Assembly: GCA_965267575.1 (NCBI GenBank) | Contig: OZ254086.1 | Location: forward strand, 3,040,001-3,104,000 | Direction of reading: 5' to 3' | Source: Calditrichales bacterium | GTDB lineage: Bacteria; Calditrichota; Calditrichia; Calditrichales; J004 | Length of the DNA: 64,000 bases | Part shown: positions 17,769 to 28,808 of the stretch, one piece after another | Numbering within the stretch: the stretch's first letter is position 1 | Layout of the letters: the number at the start of each line of letters is the position of its first letter | Notes under the pieces: model-generated | What the model saw: only the letters and a program-made list of their open reading frames with translations | What the model was told of the DNA's origin: nothing | Database searches by the model: none | Made by a program: the position numbers and the translations under genes

Positions 17769-19270
17769 AGCTTCATTTCCCGCGATCCACACAAAACTGG
17801 CTGACGCTGAGCGGCGCAATGATCGCGCTTATCAGTCTGTCGATGATCGTTTTTCTGTTTGTGATTTCATTATTTTCGAGCGCTGAGCACACCTATCTCG
17901 GCCTGGTAATCTATATTCTTTTACCAACCGTAATGATTATAGGTCTTTTGTTGATTCCGCTCGGCATGTGGCTGACCGTTCGTAAAGAAAAAAGAACGGG
18001 AAAACGCACGCCTGTTGAATGGCCCAAAATGGACCTTAACGATACGCGTCATCGCCACGCTTTTTTTATTTTTACTATTGGAACGACCATTTTCCTGTTT
18101 TTGTCAGCTGTGGGCAGTTATGAAGCTTTCCATTATACCGAGTCGGTGGAGTTTTGCGGCACGTTATGCCATAACCTGATGATACCCGAATACACGGCCT
18201 ATCAGCATTCGCCGCATGCCCGTGTGGCCTGCGTGGAATGTCATGTGGGTTCCGGTGCTGACTGGTATGTGCGCAGTAAGCTTTCCGGCGCTTACCAGGT
18301 ATATGCCACCCTTGCGGATGAATATCCGCGGCCTATCCCGACACCTATCCAAAATTTGCGTCCCGCGCGGGAGACATGTGAAACCTGCCACTGGCCGCAG
18401 AAGTTCTATTCACGCAAACTAAGGACGGAAACACATTTTCTCGGCGATGAAGAAAATACCCGGTGGGATTATCAGCTGTTGATGAAGATCGGCGGCGAGA
18501 ATGTGGCGGAAGGCTACCGTGAAGGTATCCACTGGCACATTAATCCGAGTGTTAAAGTAGAATACATAGCCACTGACGAGAGCCGTGAAGAATTGCCCTG
18601 GGTGCGCTATACAAATATGGAAACCGGTGAAGTAACTGTTTATAACGATGAAGACGATCCTCTGGACGAAGAAATGATCAAAGAGGAAAATATACGCAGT
18701 ATGGATTGTATTGATTGCCACAACCGGCCCTCGCACGACTACCGGCCTCCGATCACATTTATCAACCAGGCTATCGCGGCCGGTGATATTCCCGTTGAAC
18801 TACCGGAGATTAAATACACGGCCGTTGAATTATGCGATAAGGAATACGGTACAATGGATTCCGCCATGGCCGGGTTGGCGGCGGAACTTACCGAGTTTTA
18901 TGAAGATAACTACCCGGAGATTATTGAAGAGGAGCCTGAGCTTCTTGCCCGGGCTATTGCCGGTGTTCAACAGGCCTACAGCAAAAACATTTTCCCGGAA
19001 ATGAAAGTACGCTGGGATGCTTATCCCAATCATATCGGGCACCTGGATTATGCAGGCTGCTTCCGCTGCCATAATGACCGCCACGCCAGTAAGGACGGCG
19101 AGGTGATCAGCCGCGACTGCAATGCCTGCCATCTGATTATTGCCCAGGGCACGCCCGATGATATGCAGCTGGCGCGAACCGGTGAATGGCTTGAGTTTGA
19201 GCATCCCGATGGATATGATGACTGGAAAGATACTTTATGTTCGGATTGCCACGGTGGCTTAAATCCGTAA
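17765..19270 (+). CDS. ImcH-like NapC/NirT-family inner-membrane multiheme cytochrome (7 hemes)
   Basis: Three N-terminal TM helices; FCGTLCH plus 6 CxxCH; SPHARVACVECHVG, LRPARETCETCHWP, GIHWH, CIDCHNRPSH. Confidence 0.88.
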   Translation: MKLHFPRSTQNWLTLSGAMIALISLSMIVFLFVISLFSSAEHTYLGLVIYILLPTVMIIGLLLIPLGMWLTVRKEKRTGKRTPVEWPKMDLNDTRHRHAFFIFTIGTTIFLFLSAVGSYEAFHYTESVEFCGTLCHNLMIPEYTAYQHSPHARVACVECHVGSGADWYVRSKLSGAYQVYATLADEYPRPIPTPIQNLRPARETCETCHWPQKFYSRKLRTETHFLGDEENTRWDYQLLMKIGGENVAEGYREGIHWHINPSVKVEYIATDESREELPWVRYTNMETGEVTVYNDEDDPLDEEMIKEENIRSMDCIDCHNRPSHDYRPPITFINQAIAAGDIPVELPEIKYTAVELCDKEYGTMDSAMAGLAAELTEFYEDNYPEIIEEEPELLARAIAGVQQAYSKNIFPEMKVRWDAYPNHIGHLDYAGCFRCHNDRHASKDGEVISRDCNACHLIIAQGTPDDMQLARTGEWLEFEHPDGYDDWKDTLCSDCHGGLNP

Positions 19271-19304
19271 AAATTAACTCACTAAATAACCTGAGGAGGT
19301 TACT

Positions 19305-19874
19305 ATGAAATTATGGGCATTCCTGTTAATCCTCGCGATCCCGTTTGTGGTATTTGCGCAGGATGAGGATGATGAAGACACAGGTGATGGATACAGCTAC
19401 GTTGGCATTGACAGATGTAAAACCTGCCACCGTAAACCTGACCAGGGCGAGCAGCTCAAGATTTGGGAAAATAGCGCGCATGCCAAGGCTTTCAAGACAT
19501 TAAAAAGCGAAGAAGCACAAAAAATCGCTAAAGAAAAAGGCTTGAAAGTAGCTGCTCACGAAGCACCTGAATGCTTAAGCTGCCATGCTACGGGATACGA
19601 TGCCGAGCCGGCCATGCTGGGCAAAAAATTTAATATGGAAGATGGTGTGCAGTGCGAAACCTGTCACGGACCGGGAAGCAAGTACCGTAAGAAAAAGATC
19701 ATGGAAGACCGCCAGGCCAGCATTGATGCAGGCATGACGCCGATTCTGGTTAGCGACGGTACGGCTAAAAAGCAGTGCGTTGAGTGCCACAACGAAAAAA
19801 GCCCTACATTTAAAGGCTTTGATTTCGATAAAATGTGGAAAGAAATCGCTCATCCTGTTCCCGCCGCTAAATAG
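19305..19874 (+). CDS. Periplasmic tetraheme cytochrome c554-family protein
   Basis: Signal peptide; YVG...CKTCH, W..S.HA.AF, CLSCH, GVQCETCHGPGS, CVECH. Confidence 0.88.
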   Translation: MKLWAFLLILAIPFVVFAQDEDDEDTGDGYSYVGIDRCKTCHRKPDQGEQLKIWENSAHAKAFKTLKSEEAQKIAKEKGLKVAAHEAPECLSCHATGYDAEPAMLGKKFNMEDGVQCETCHGPGSKYRKKKIMEDRQASIDAGMTPILVSDGTAKKQCVECHNEKSPTFKGFDFDKMWKEIAHPVPAAK

Positions 19875-19890
19875 CGGAAATATGTAAAAG

Positions 19891-19922
19891 AAAAAGGCGC
19901 CATCCCAGGCGCCTTTTTTTTT
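19891..19922. terminator. Intrinsic terminator between convergent genes
   Basis: AAAAAGGCGC-catccca-GGCGCCTTTTTTT. Confidence 0.8.
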
Positions 19923-19973
19923 ATCTCAAATCAACTCTTGATCATGACCCTGATCGTGATTTTTCACTACTCT

Positions 19974-21599
19974 TTAATAACTAAGCGTCCAATTACCATT
20001 TGGCTTTAAATTCAACGTATCCTGCTCGGCAATATAATCTATCAGAATTGTGCGAACATCCTGGCTTGATTTGTAAATGATCTCCGCGTTACCGGCACCC
20101 GCCGCCTGCATGTGGCCACCGCCTCCACTGGCCCGGTAGCTGTTCATGGCTACGTTATAAATCTTATCAAGTTCCAAAGGCTCACCTGTGCGTAATAGTC
20201 TAAGGTTTTGTATGCGATTGCCCGGTTTCTCGCGCAAGTTAATAGTATAAGAGACGCCTTCCGCCATATCATAATTATAGCCCTGCATATCGGGGTTGGC
20301 TTTTGGCTTACCTTCTTCAAGCTCATAATAGCCGGAGGCATATTCCAAAAAATCTTTTATTTGCCGACCGCTCATTTTTACTTCATACAGGGTGTTGTCA
20401 TAAACATAAATGCCAAACAGATCCTTTTTGCGCAGCGGCCCGGCGGACAAAGAAAAGTTCGTGTTGAAACAGGCTGCAAACGAAATCTCCGCTCCGGTAT
20501 GGGCAAGCTGCGCGTCGTGGATAAGGTCCATGACAGCCGTGTCTTTAAAGCGTGCTTCTTCCGCATTCAGGTCAGTTTTGCTGTAGCCGATCACCGCAGC
20601 TATCGAATCCAGCGTTTTTTGATGGTAGTAAGATGTGAGCTGAAGGATTTCCTTTGCCGGCTCCACGTTTGCCGTGCTTTCCAGCCAGCCACGGGCAGAC
20701 ACGATTTTTATAAGATCGCCATTCCGGCTCAGAACGAATTCAGCTACGGCAAGGTTTCGGCCGTGGGAGCCGGCGTTTAAACGGAGCGGCAATTCTGTGG
20801 AAGCGGTCTCTTCTGTGCTGCCGGGCAGCGGGTGCGCGCGGTGCGAATGACCTGCAAGGATGAGATCAAATCCAGGCACCTGCTCGGCGACCAGGCCCGA
20901 TGCGTTCTCGTTGGGGAGGCCCGCCGCTTCGCTTTGCGCCTGGCTGTATCCCGCATTAAAGCCGGCATGAAATAAACCTATCAGCACATCAACTTTTTGC
21001 CGCAATTCAGGCGCAAAAGATTGTGCGGTTTCCACCATGTCAGCCCAGGTAATGCCGGGATAAAGGCTTTCATCCAGCCACATCGGTATGCCCGGTGTGG
21101 TCAGGCCCAGAATGCCGATGCGAATATTTCCGCGCTCAATTACAGTGTAAGGAGAAAAGAAAATCCGTCCATCCGGCATAACCGCATTCGCAGAAAGGAA
21201 AGGGAATTTTGCCTCACGTTCAGCACGCGTGTAAACGAACAGACCCTGCTCGATATCATGATTGCCAACGGCAAACGCGTCATAGCCCATATAATTCATG
21301 GCCAGGATCATCGGGTGCGGCTTGTCTGTTTCATACTGATTAAAATGCGAAACGAGTGGCGATCCCTGAAGCAGGTCACCGCTGTCCAGCAGAATAACAT
21401 TACGTTTTTCCGTGCGATATTTTTTTACCAGAGTGTAGATCTTTGCGAGACCCACTTTGTCATCAGCCTGATCTTTGTAGTAGTCGTAAGGGTAGATATG
21501 TCCGTGAATATCAGTGGTTTGAAGGACATATAAGGTGTCGCTGGTTTGCGAAATTGCAAGGCCCAGAGCAGCCAGTAAAAGTATGCATATCTTTTTCAT
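19974..21599 (-). CDS. Periplasmic 2',3'-cyclic-nucleotide 2'-phosphodiesterase / 5'-nucleotidase (CpdB/UshA family)
   Basis: TTDIHG, DSGD.LQG, GNHD and GHSH metallophosphoesterase motifs plus 5'-nucleotidase C-terminal domain (NSYRASGGG). Confidence 0.9.
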   Translation of the reverse strand: MKKICILLLAALGLAISQTSDTLYVLQTTDIHGHIYPYDYYKDQADDKVGLAKIYTLVKKYRTEKRNVILLDSGDLLQGSPLVSHFNQYETDKPHPMILAMNYMGYDAFAVGNHDIEQGLFVYTRAEREAKFPFLSANAVMPDGRIFFSPYTVIERGNIRIGILGLTTPGIPMWLDESLYPGITWADMVETAQSFAPELRQKVDVLIGLFHAGFNAGYSQAQSEAAGLPNENASGLVAEQVPGFDLILAGHSHRAHPLPGSTEETASTELPLRLNAGSHGRNLAVAEFVLSRNGDLIKIVSARGWLESTANVEPAKEILQLTSYYHQKTLDSIAAVIGYSKTDLNAEEARFKDTAVMDLIHDAQLAHTGAEISFAACFNTNFSLSAGPLRKKDLFGIYVYDNTLYEVKMSGRQIKDFLEYASGYYELEEGKPKANPDMQGYNYDMAEGVSYTINLREKPGNRIQNLRLLRTGEPLELDKIYNVAMNSYRASGGGGHMQAAGAGNAEIIYKSSQDVRTILIDYIAEQDTLNLKPNGNWTLSY

Positions 21600-21653
21600 C
21601 AGTACTCCAAATATTTGGTCGGGAAACTAAAAAGGGCCCATGAATACTTCACC

Positions 21654-22421
21654 TTATAGGAAGAGCACAACAAGGACGGCCGGGACCACTGCCGTGACAA
21701 TCGAAAGCAGCGATCCGATCAAAAAGTATTCGGCAAATTGCTTGTTCTCCAGCTCTTTAAAACGGGCCAGGGATTTTAAGGCGATGAGGATCGCAATCGC
21801 GCCAACCTGCCCGGCAATCACCAGAAAATAGATCAGTCCGCGCTCCAGGATGCCGATCAGCCTGCCGCGCTCAAACTCGCGCCGGTCGGTTTGGCCGGAC
21901 TTTTCATCTTTGCGTGGCACGGCGCTGAGCTGTTTCAAAACCAGGCGAATGATGATCGTGCTTTCTTTAATCGTGAAAATAAATCCGCCGCCCGCCGCGA
22001 GGATCATCTGCACCCGCTCAGGATGAAAAAGATACTCCAGCAGATCGACGTGCAGACGCAGCGGCACCAGGACAAACATCAACGGGTTAAAAACGCTAAA
22101 GGCCTCCATGTCGATCAGGCTGTAGCAAATATGGGCCAGCAAAAAGACCAGAGCCCACTGTGCCCCGTAAAGCTGCAATCGCCGACGCATTTGGCGGGGT
22201 GTAATAAAACTGTCCGCGGTAACTGCAAGGGTATGCAGCAGGAAAAGAAGCACAGCCTCAAAGACATTTTCCAGCATCAGAAAACCGCTCAGTCCAAACA
22301 AAATACGGCCCAGAACGCGCCGGTGGCGGCTGTTGCCGTTTACAACAAAGCGCGTATCGAGGAAGAAAAGGCGGGCAGCCAGATAAACGAAAAGAAAAAG
22401 CAGAATGGGATCGTGGGTCAT
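21654..22421 (-). CDS. DUF3307-like membrane protein (SatD partner)
   Basis: Likely start MTHDPILL at 22421, ATGA-coupled to the satD stop; C-terminal GRLIG.LER...KSLARF...AEYFLIGSLLS. Confidence 0.75.
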   Translation of the reverse strand: MTHDPILLFLFVYLAARLFFLDTRFVVNGNSRHRRVLGRILFGLSGFLMLENVFEAVLLFLLHTLAVTADSFITPRQMRRRLQLYGAQWALVFLLAHICYSLIDMEAFSVFNPLMFVLVPLRLHVDLLEYLFHPERVQMILAAGGGFIFTIKESTIIIRLVLKQLSAVPRKDEKSGQTDRREFERGRLIGILERGLIYFLVIAGQVGAIAILIALKSLARFKELENKQFAEYFLIGSLLSIVTAVVPAVLVVLFL

Positions 22422-23065
22422 GTGTGCAATGCCATTTTGATTGTATTTTGCAGATGCTTCCTGCTTTCGGCAACCAGTATAACGGCCGGGTCGGTTAGCA
22501 TTTTGGAAACCGCCGGCTGTGAAACAGTCAATTTTACGGCAATTTTCTTTTGTGTCCAATTTTGCCCGGACAAATACACCGCGTTGCTTTTATGGGTACT
22601 CCAGCCGTTTTCGCTTAAGCCGATCCAGTGCAGCAGCAGGTTTAACGCCTGTGCGTCGATTGTTTCCATGGCCGTGTTGAGGTGGTACTTGAAGGCGTTT
22701 TTTTTGGCAAACTCCAGGCTGCTGCGGGCCTGGTGAAAGGCCGGGCCATCCATGCCTATGGCAGCGCTGCGGTTGATTTCTGTGTCAATTGCAGCAATGC
22801 CGACACCGTACCTAAAGCGGATCGCGGCCTCGCTGTTGCGCAGCTCCTGCTCAAAAAACGCGATCAGATCCAGAAAAGGGCAATCGGGCCTGAGCACCGC
22901 CTGGAATTCATCGCCGATGGTTAATGTAAGTGGTGAAACAATCGCACTTTTAAATTGATTGTTGCTGCTTTGCAGTGCCCGGCTAAAAGCGGACTGCATT
23001 TCGGAACGACTCGCCAAACGGCGTGACTCAACAATATCACCGATGAGAACACAGTAATTATTCAT
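22418..23065 (-). CDS. SatD family protein (nucleotide-cyclase-like fold plus C-terminal HTH)
   Basis: GDIVESR, T.GDEFQ, RYGVG, DGPAF..AR; HTH TQKKIA..L.VSQPAVS. Confidence 0.85.
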   Translation of the reverse strand: MNNYCVLIGDIVESRRLASRSEMQSAFSRALQSSNNQFKSAIVSPLTLTIGDEFQAVLRPDCPFLDLIAFFEQELRNSEAAIRFRYGVGIAAIDTEINRSAAIGMDGPAFHQARSSLEFAKKNAFKYHLNTAMETIDAQALNLLLHWIGLSENGWSTHKSNAVYLSGQNWTQKKIAVKLTVSQPAVSKMLTDPAVILVAESRKHLQNTIKMALHT

Positions 23066-23172
23066 GGTTATAACTTTATTGATTATTTTATGTAAATATA
23101 ACTAAATAAATTATAATATCAAGTTATAATTAATAAAGTAATAAAAGCCCCCAGAGTATGAGGGCTGAGCGA

Positions 23173-24231
23173 CTATCGTGGTGGGCTTGAGAGGTGAGAG
23201 CCTTTTGAAAAAAACGCGTTGACGTGATGCTGGTTGCGTCGCGCCGGCAACGTAATGTCCTTAAAGCGCAGGCTGAGACGGTAGAGGTTATCTTGCCAGT
23301 AGCGGACCTTGAATTTGCGTTTGACGAAATTGTCAATATTCCAGAAGAGTTTTTCCGGTCCGCTAACAGGCCTGGGGTTTTCGGTAAAAACAGGGTAATG
23401 GTAGCTGGCAAGCAGGTTGCCGGCTACACGTTCAAACATACGCAGTTGCCTTTGCGAAAAACGATTCTTCCATTTAAAGAAGTTACCCCTGCGCAAATCA
23501 TTTCCGATATGCTCGTTGATAAAGCGGAGCAGCTCGCCGTCCGCGTCATCAATAGAAAGAAAGCGGATCATTTGGGCAAACACGTCCAGCGGATGCGAAA
23601 GCAGGTCTTCATACCTGATTTCAAGAAAACGCCCCTGCGGCAGGCTGTACCCGAAGTCGCGGATCATATTTAGTTTGTTAAACCAGTCATCGGCGGCGCG
23701 GTAAACGTTTTTGGCGCCAAAAGGCGTTTCAAATTCCGAAAGCGTCACATCGCGTCCGTCCCGAACGATATGGAGATATTTGGCGTCCGGAAAAAGCTTG
23801 TTCAAAACCGGCAGGTCATGAATGTACTCCGGTGTTTTGTCGCCCCAACGCACCATTCCATGGTATGCGGCGAACTGTTCAAAAATCACGCGCAGAATAC
23901 CGCTATAGCTTTTATCCTTTAAATTTTCCAGGGCACTTTCATTATCAAATACAAAGCCAAAGCGCTTGTTAATTCTTCTGAACCAGCGTTCACGGCTAAT
24001 GTCCGCGATCAGGTGTTTGGCATTTTCAGGATTGCTTAAATCGCCATATTGCGGAAGCTTGTTGTAATAGCGTATAATAAACTGGCTCTCTGTCCCAAAA
24101 TTGACCTTCAGATATTTGCGGATCATTTTAATTAAAATGCTTGTGCCGGAACGGCCGTGTCCGAGCACAAACAACGGGCTTGTTTCGCTGTGCTTTACAT
24201 TCAGGTCATAGAGTATTTCCGGAAGTGACAC
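23173..24231 (-). CDS. Sulfotransferase family protein
   Basis: GHGRSGTS PAPS-binding loop, WGDKTP, IVRDGRDV, RYEDL. Confidence 0.88.
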   Translation of the reverse strand: MSLPEILYDLNVKHSETSPLFVLGHGRSGTSILIKMIRKYLKVNFGTESQFIIRYYNKLPQYGDLSNPENAKHLIADISRERWFRRINKRFGFVFDNESALENLKDKSYSGILRVIFEQFAAYHGMVRWGDKTPEYIHDLPVLNKLFPDAKYLHIVRDGRDVTLSEFETPFGAKNVYRAADDWFNKLNMIRDFGYSLPQGRFLEIRYEDLLSHPLDVFAQMIRFLSIDDADGELLRFINEHIGNDLRRGNFFKWKNRFSQRQLRMFERVAGNLLASYHYPVFTENPRPVSGPEKLFWNIDNFVKRKFKVRYWQDNLYRLSLRFKDITLPARRNQHHVNAFFSKGSHLSSPPR

Positions 24232-24462
24232 AATCCCTCCTTTTTGAGTTGACGTTATTTAGAGAAACTGTGTTAAGAATAGATTAGTATGCGTTTAGTA
24301 TCGCTTTAACGCCTGTTAGATTTTTGTAATGGCTGAAACATTCAATAATGGGGACGGGCCTTGTTTTGATATTGGATTCAGGGAATTTTGTGGTAAAAGA
24401 AAACTGTTTTGATAACAATTTTTATGTAGATTGATCGCTCATTTCTGACCTAAGCCTGCTTC

Positions 24463-26574
<2,112 letters not shown>

Positions 26575-27435
26575 CTACAGGTAGCTCCAAAGCAGGCCTT
26601 CCGCCTGGCCCAGATAACCCGCCCCAAACAGATTCAGATGATTGAGAATATGATAAAGCTTATAGATATTTTCGCGCTTACGGTGTCCCGGAGGCAACGG
26701 AAAAGCCTCCGTATAGGCGTCGTAAAAGCGCGGACTAAATCCGCCAAAAACCTTGGTCATGGCCAGATCGGCTTCACGGTGGCCATAGTAAACGGCCGGA
26801 TCGATCAAACAGGGTCCGCCTTTTTCATCCACAATGAAATTGCCGCTCCATAGATCGCCGTGCAACAGGGCAGGGTATTCCTCGCTGTCGCCGATAATGT
26901 CATCGATTTTTGATTCTATTTCGCGGAAGCCTTTTGTCAGTTTGGGCGAGGCCAGACCGCGGCTTTCAGCAAGGTTGTATTGATAAAGAAGACGCTTTTC
27001 AAAGTAGAACGCTTTCCACTCCTGCTGCTGATGTTTCCCGGCAATATTTTTTTGTTCAGTGTGTCCGATAAAATTGTCTTCATAAAAACCGTATTGCGTG
27101 CCGCGATAGCGGTGCATCTCCGCAAAGCGTCTGCCAAAATCTTCCCAGAAGTCTTTCTTTTGCGGCGCTGCTTCAACGTAGTCCATCAGTAAAAAATCTT
27201 CTTCGGCCAGGTGCACGTGCGGTATGTGGATCGCTTTGGCTTTTTCCATTTCACGCAAACCATTGGCCTCGCAGGGAAACATACGCTTGTCCTGCGCCCC
27301 TGTTTTTAGCACAAAGCGCCGGCCGGATTCCGTTTCCAGCCACTGCGTAGTGGCGATCGAACCGCCGCCGATGCTATGGCTGTTTACGATCTTTTCGCCG
27401 CAAAAATCTTCAATTTTTTGTTGTATGTCCGGCAT
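26575..27435 (-). CDS. Fructosamine kinase family protein
   Basis: LLHGDLWSGN, IDPAVYYGHREADLAM. Confidence 0.92.
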   Translation of the reverse strand: MPDIQQKIEDFCGEKIVNSHSIGGGSIATTQWLETESGRRFVLKTGAQDKRMFPCEANGLREMEKAKAIHIPHVHLAEEDFLLMDYVEAAPQKKDFWEDFGRRFAEMHRYRGTQYGFYEDNFIGHTEQKNIAGKHQQQEWKAFYFEKRLLYQYNLAESRGLASPKLTKGFREIESKIDDIIGDSEEYPALLHGDLWSGNFIVDEKGGPCLIDPAVYYGHREADLAMTKVFGGFSPRFYDAYTEAFPLPPGHRKRENIYKLYHILNHLNLFGAGYLGQAEGLLWSYL

Positions 27436-27438
27436 ATT

Positions 27439-27915
27439 CTATTTGATTTCTTTTTTGATTTCGTCAAGCAGTCCGGCACAGGCATCTTCCAGCAGGTCCA
27501 GCACTTTTTCGAAACCCTGCGGACCGCCGTAATAGGGGTCCGGTACAGATTCGGCGTCATGCCGGCGGCAGTAGTCGGTCATTTTGGAAAACTTGTGCCT
27601 GTAGCGCTTTTGCGGGTCGGCGGCAAGCAGCTCACGCAGATTGTCATCATCCATGGCGATGATGCGATCGAATTCTTCAAAATCATCTGCTGCTTTTACC
27701 TGGCGCGCGATCGAGGTAAGCTCATAGCCTCGGCGAGCGGCATGTTGCTGCATGCGCTGATCGGCCGGTTCGCCAACATGGTAGGCGATGGTTCCGGCGG
27801 AATCGATAAAGATTTTACCGGAAAGGCCTTCCTTTTCCACGAGCGCTTTCATCACCGCTTCAGCGCTGGGTGAACGGCAGATATTGCCCATACAGACAAA
27901 TAGTATTTTATACAC
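27439..27915 (-). CDS. Low-molecular-weight protein-tyrosine phosphatase
   Basis: VCMGNICRSP, DPYYG. Confidence 0.95.
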   Translation of the reverse strand: MYKILFVCMGNICRSPSAEAVMKALVEKEGLSGKIFIDSAGTIAYHVGEPADQRMQQHAARRGYELTSIARQVKAADDFEEFDRIIAMDDDNLRELLAADPQKRYRHKFSKMTDYCRRHDAESVPDPYYGGPQGFEKVLDLLEDACAGLLDEIKKEIK

Positions 27916-27985
27916 AAACGCTCCTTGTTATGTCGCGAAAAAGCAAACATAAGCAAGGAGCGTAAAAGGTTCAATCGAAGCCGGC

Positions 27986-28324
27986 TCAGGGATTTTTGCG
28001 TGCCTGCGTCTCACCGCTGGTTTGGATACCCTTTGATATAACATAGGTGCCGCCGCTGATGCCAAGCAGGATAAATATTTCAGGCGGAATGGTATCGGGA
28101 AAATCGGGCGGCCGCTGCGAAACGATGATGAGCAGCAGGCTCATGGCAATCACAAACGTAAAAATCAGGAACTGAAAGCGCGACAGGCTGGCTGATCCGT
28201 CTTTTTCGCTGATCAGTTTGGACAGATCGATCTTGCCCGAGATAATGTAATAGATGATAATGATCCCGAGGGCGCCAATAAAAACGGCGGTGATCCATCC
28301 GGCAATCAATGCCAGGTTTTGCAT
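27986..28324 (-). CDS. Small 3-TM hypothetical membrane protein
   Basis: 112 aa, GGAGG RBS; SLSRFQ..IFT and P.IP.E...LLGISGGTY..SK. Confidence 0.75.
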   Translation of the reverse strand: MQNLALIAGWITAVFIGALGIIIIYYIISGKIDLSKLISEKDGSASLSRFQFLIFTFVIAMSLLLIIVSQRPPDFPDTIPPEIFILLGISGGTYVISKGIQTSGETQARKNP

Positions 28325-28350
28325 GTAAGCCTCCTTTTGATGGGAAATTG

Positions 28351-28689
28351 TCAGGGTGTGGGTGATTTCGGTTTAAAGAAGTTGAAAACGGATTGCGCCT
28401 TGCCCGCGAGATAAAGCGAACTGCTGCCGCCCAAAACAACCAGCATTTCCGTTGGTATATCCGGAAATTGCTGCGGGTTTTTATATGTCAATACAAGGTA
28501 GTACAAGCCGATCGTTAAGCTGAAAAAGAGTTTTTGGATGCGGCCGGGACTGATCTGTCCGTTGGTTTTGTCGCGCAGCATTCCGGCGGTATTGATGCGC
28601 CCGGTCAGGAGCTGGTAAAAGACAACGACAAAAAGCGCCCCTGTGAAAAGTATTAAAAAATAGTAATAAAAATCGGCCAGCGAAGACAT
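28351..28689 (-). CDS. Small 3-TM hypothetical membrane protein, paralog of the adjacent gene
   Basis: 112 aa; SPGRIQ..FFS and FPDIPTE...VLGGSSSLY..GK. Confidence 0.72.
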   Translation of the reverse strand: MSSLADFYYYFLILFTGALFVVVFYQLLTGRINTAGMLRDKTNGQISPGRIQKLFFSLTIGLYYLVLTYKNPQQFPDIPTEMLVVLGGSSSLYLAGKAQSVFNFFKPKSPTP

Positions 28690-28808
28690 ATGCGAACCCC
28701 CGTTTTGTGTGAGTTCCCGGGAGTCCGTTCCCTTTCATCGCTTCCGTGTTTTGGTATGTATTCAGGATTGCTGCAAAACTTAGACGTCCACCTGATAGGT
28801 GTCAAGCG

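Noticed and set aside
16776..17819. 347-aa antisense ORF, and other long shadow ORFs (e.g. 37077-37904, 41804-42595, 21891-22736)
   Set aside because: They overlap well-supported genes, have no recognisable motifs, and are expected from codon bias
21654..22559. ORF-track starts for several genes (22559, 32556, 33378, 36336, 49004, 61433, 62198)
   Set aside because: The extensions overlap neighbouring genes or terminators; downstream starts with RBS or translational coupling fit better
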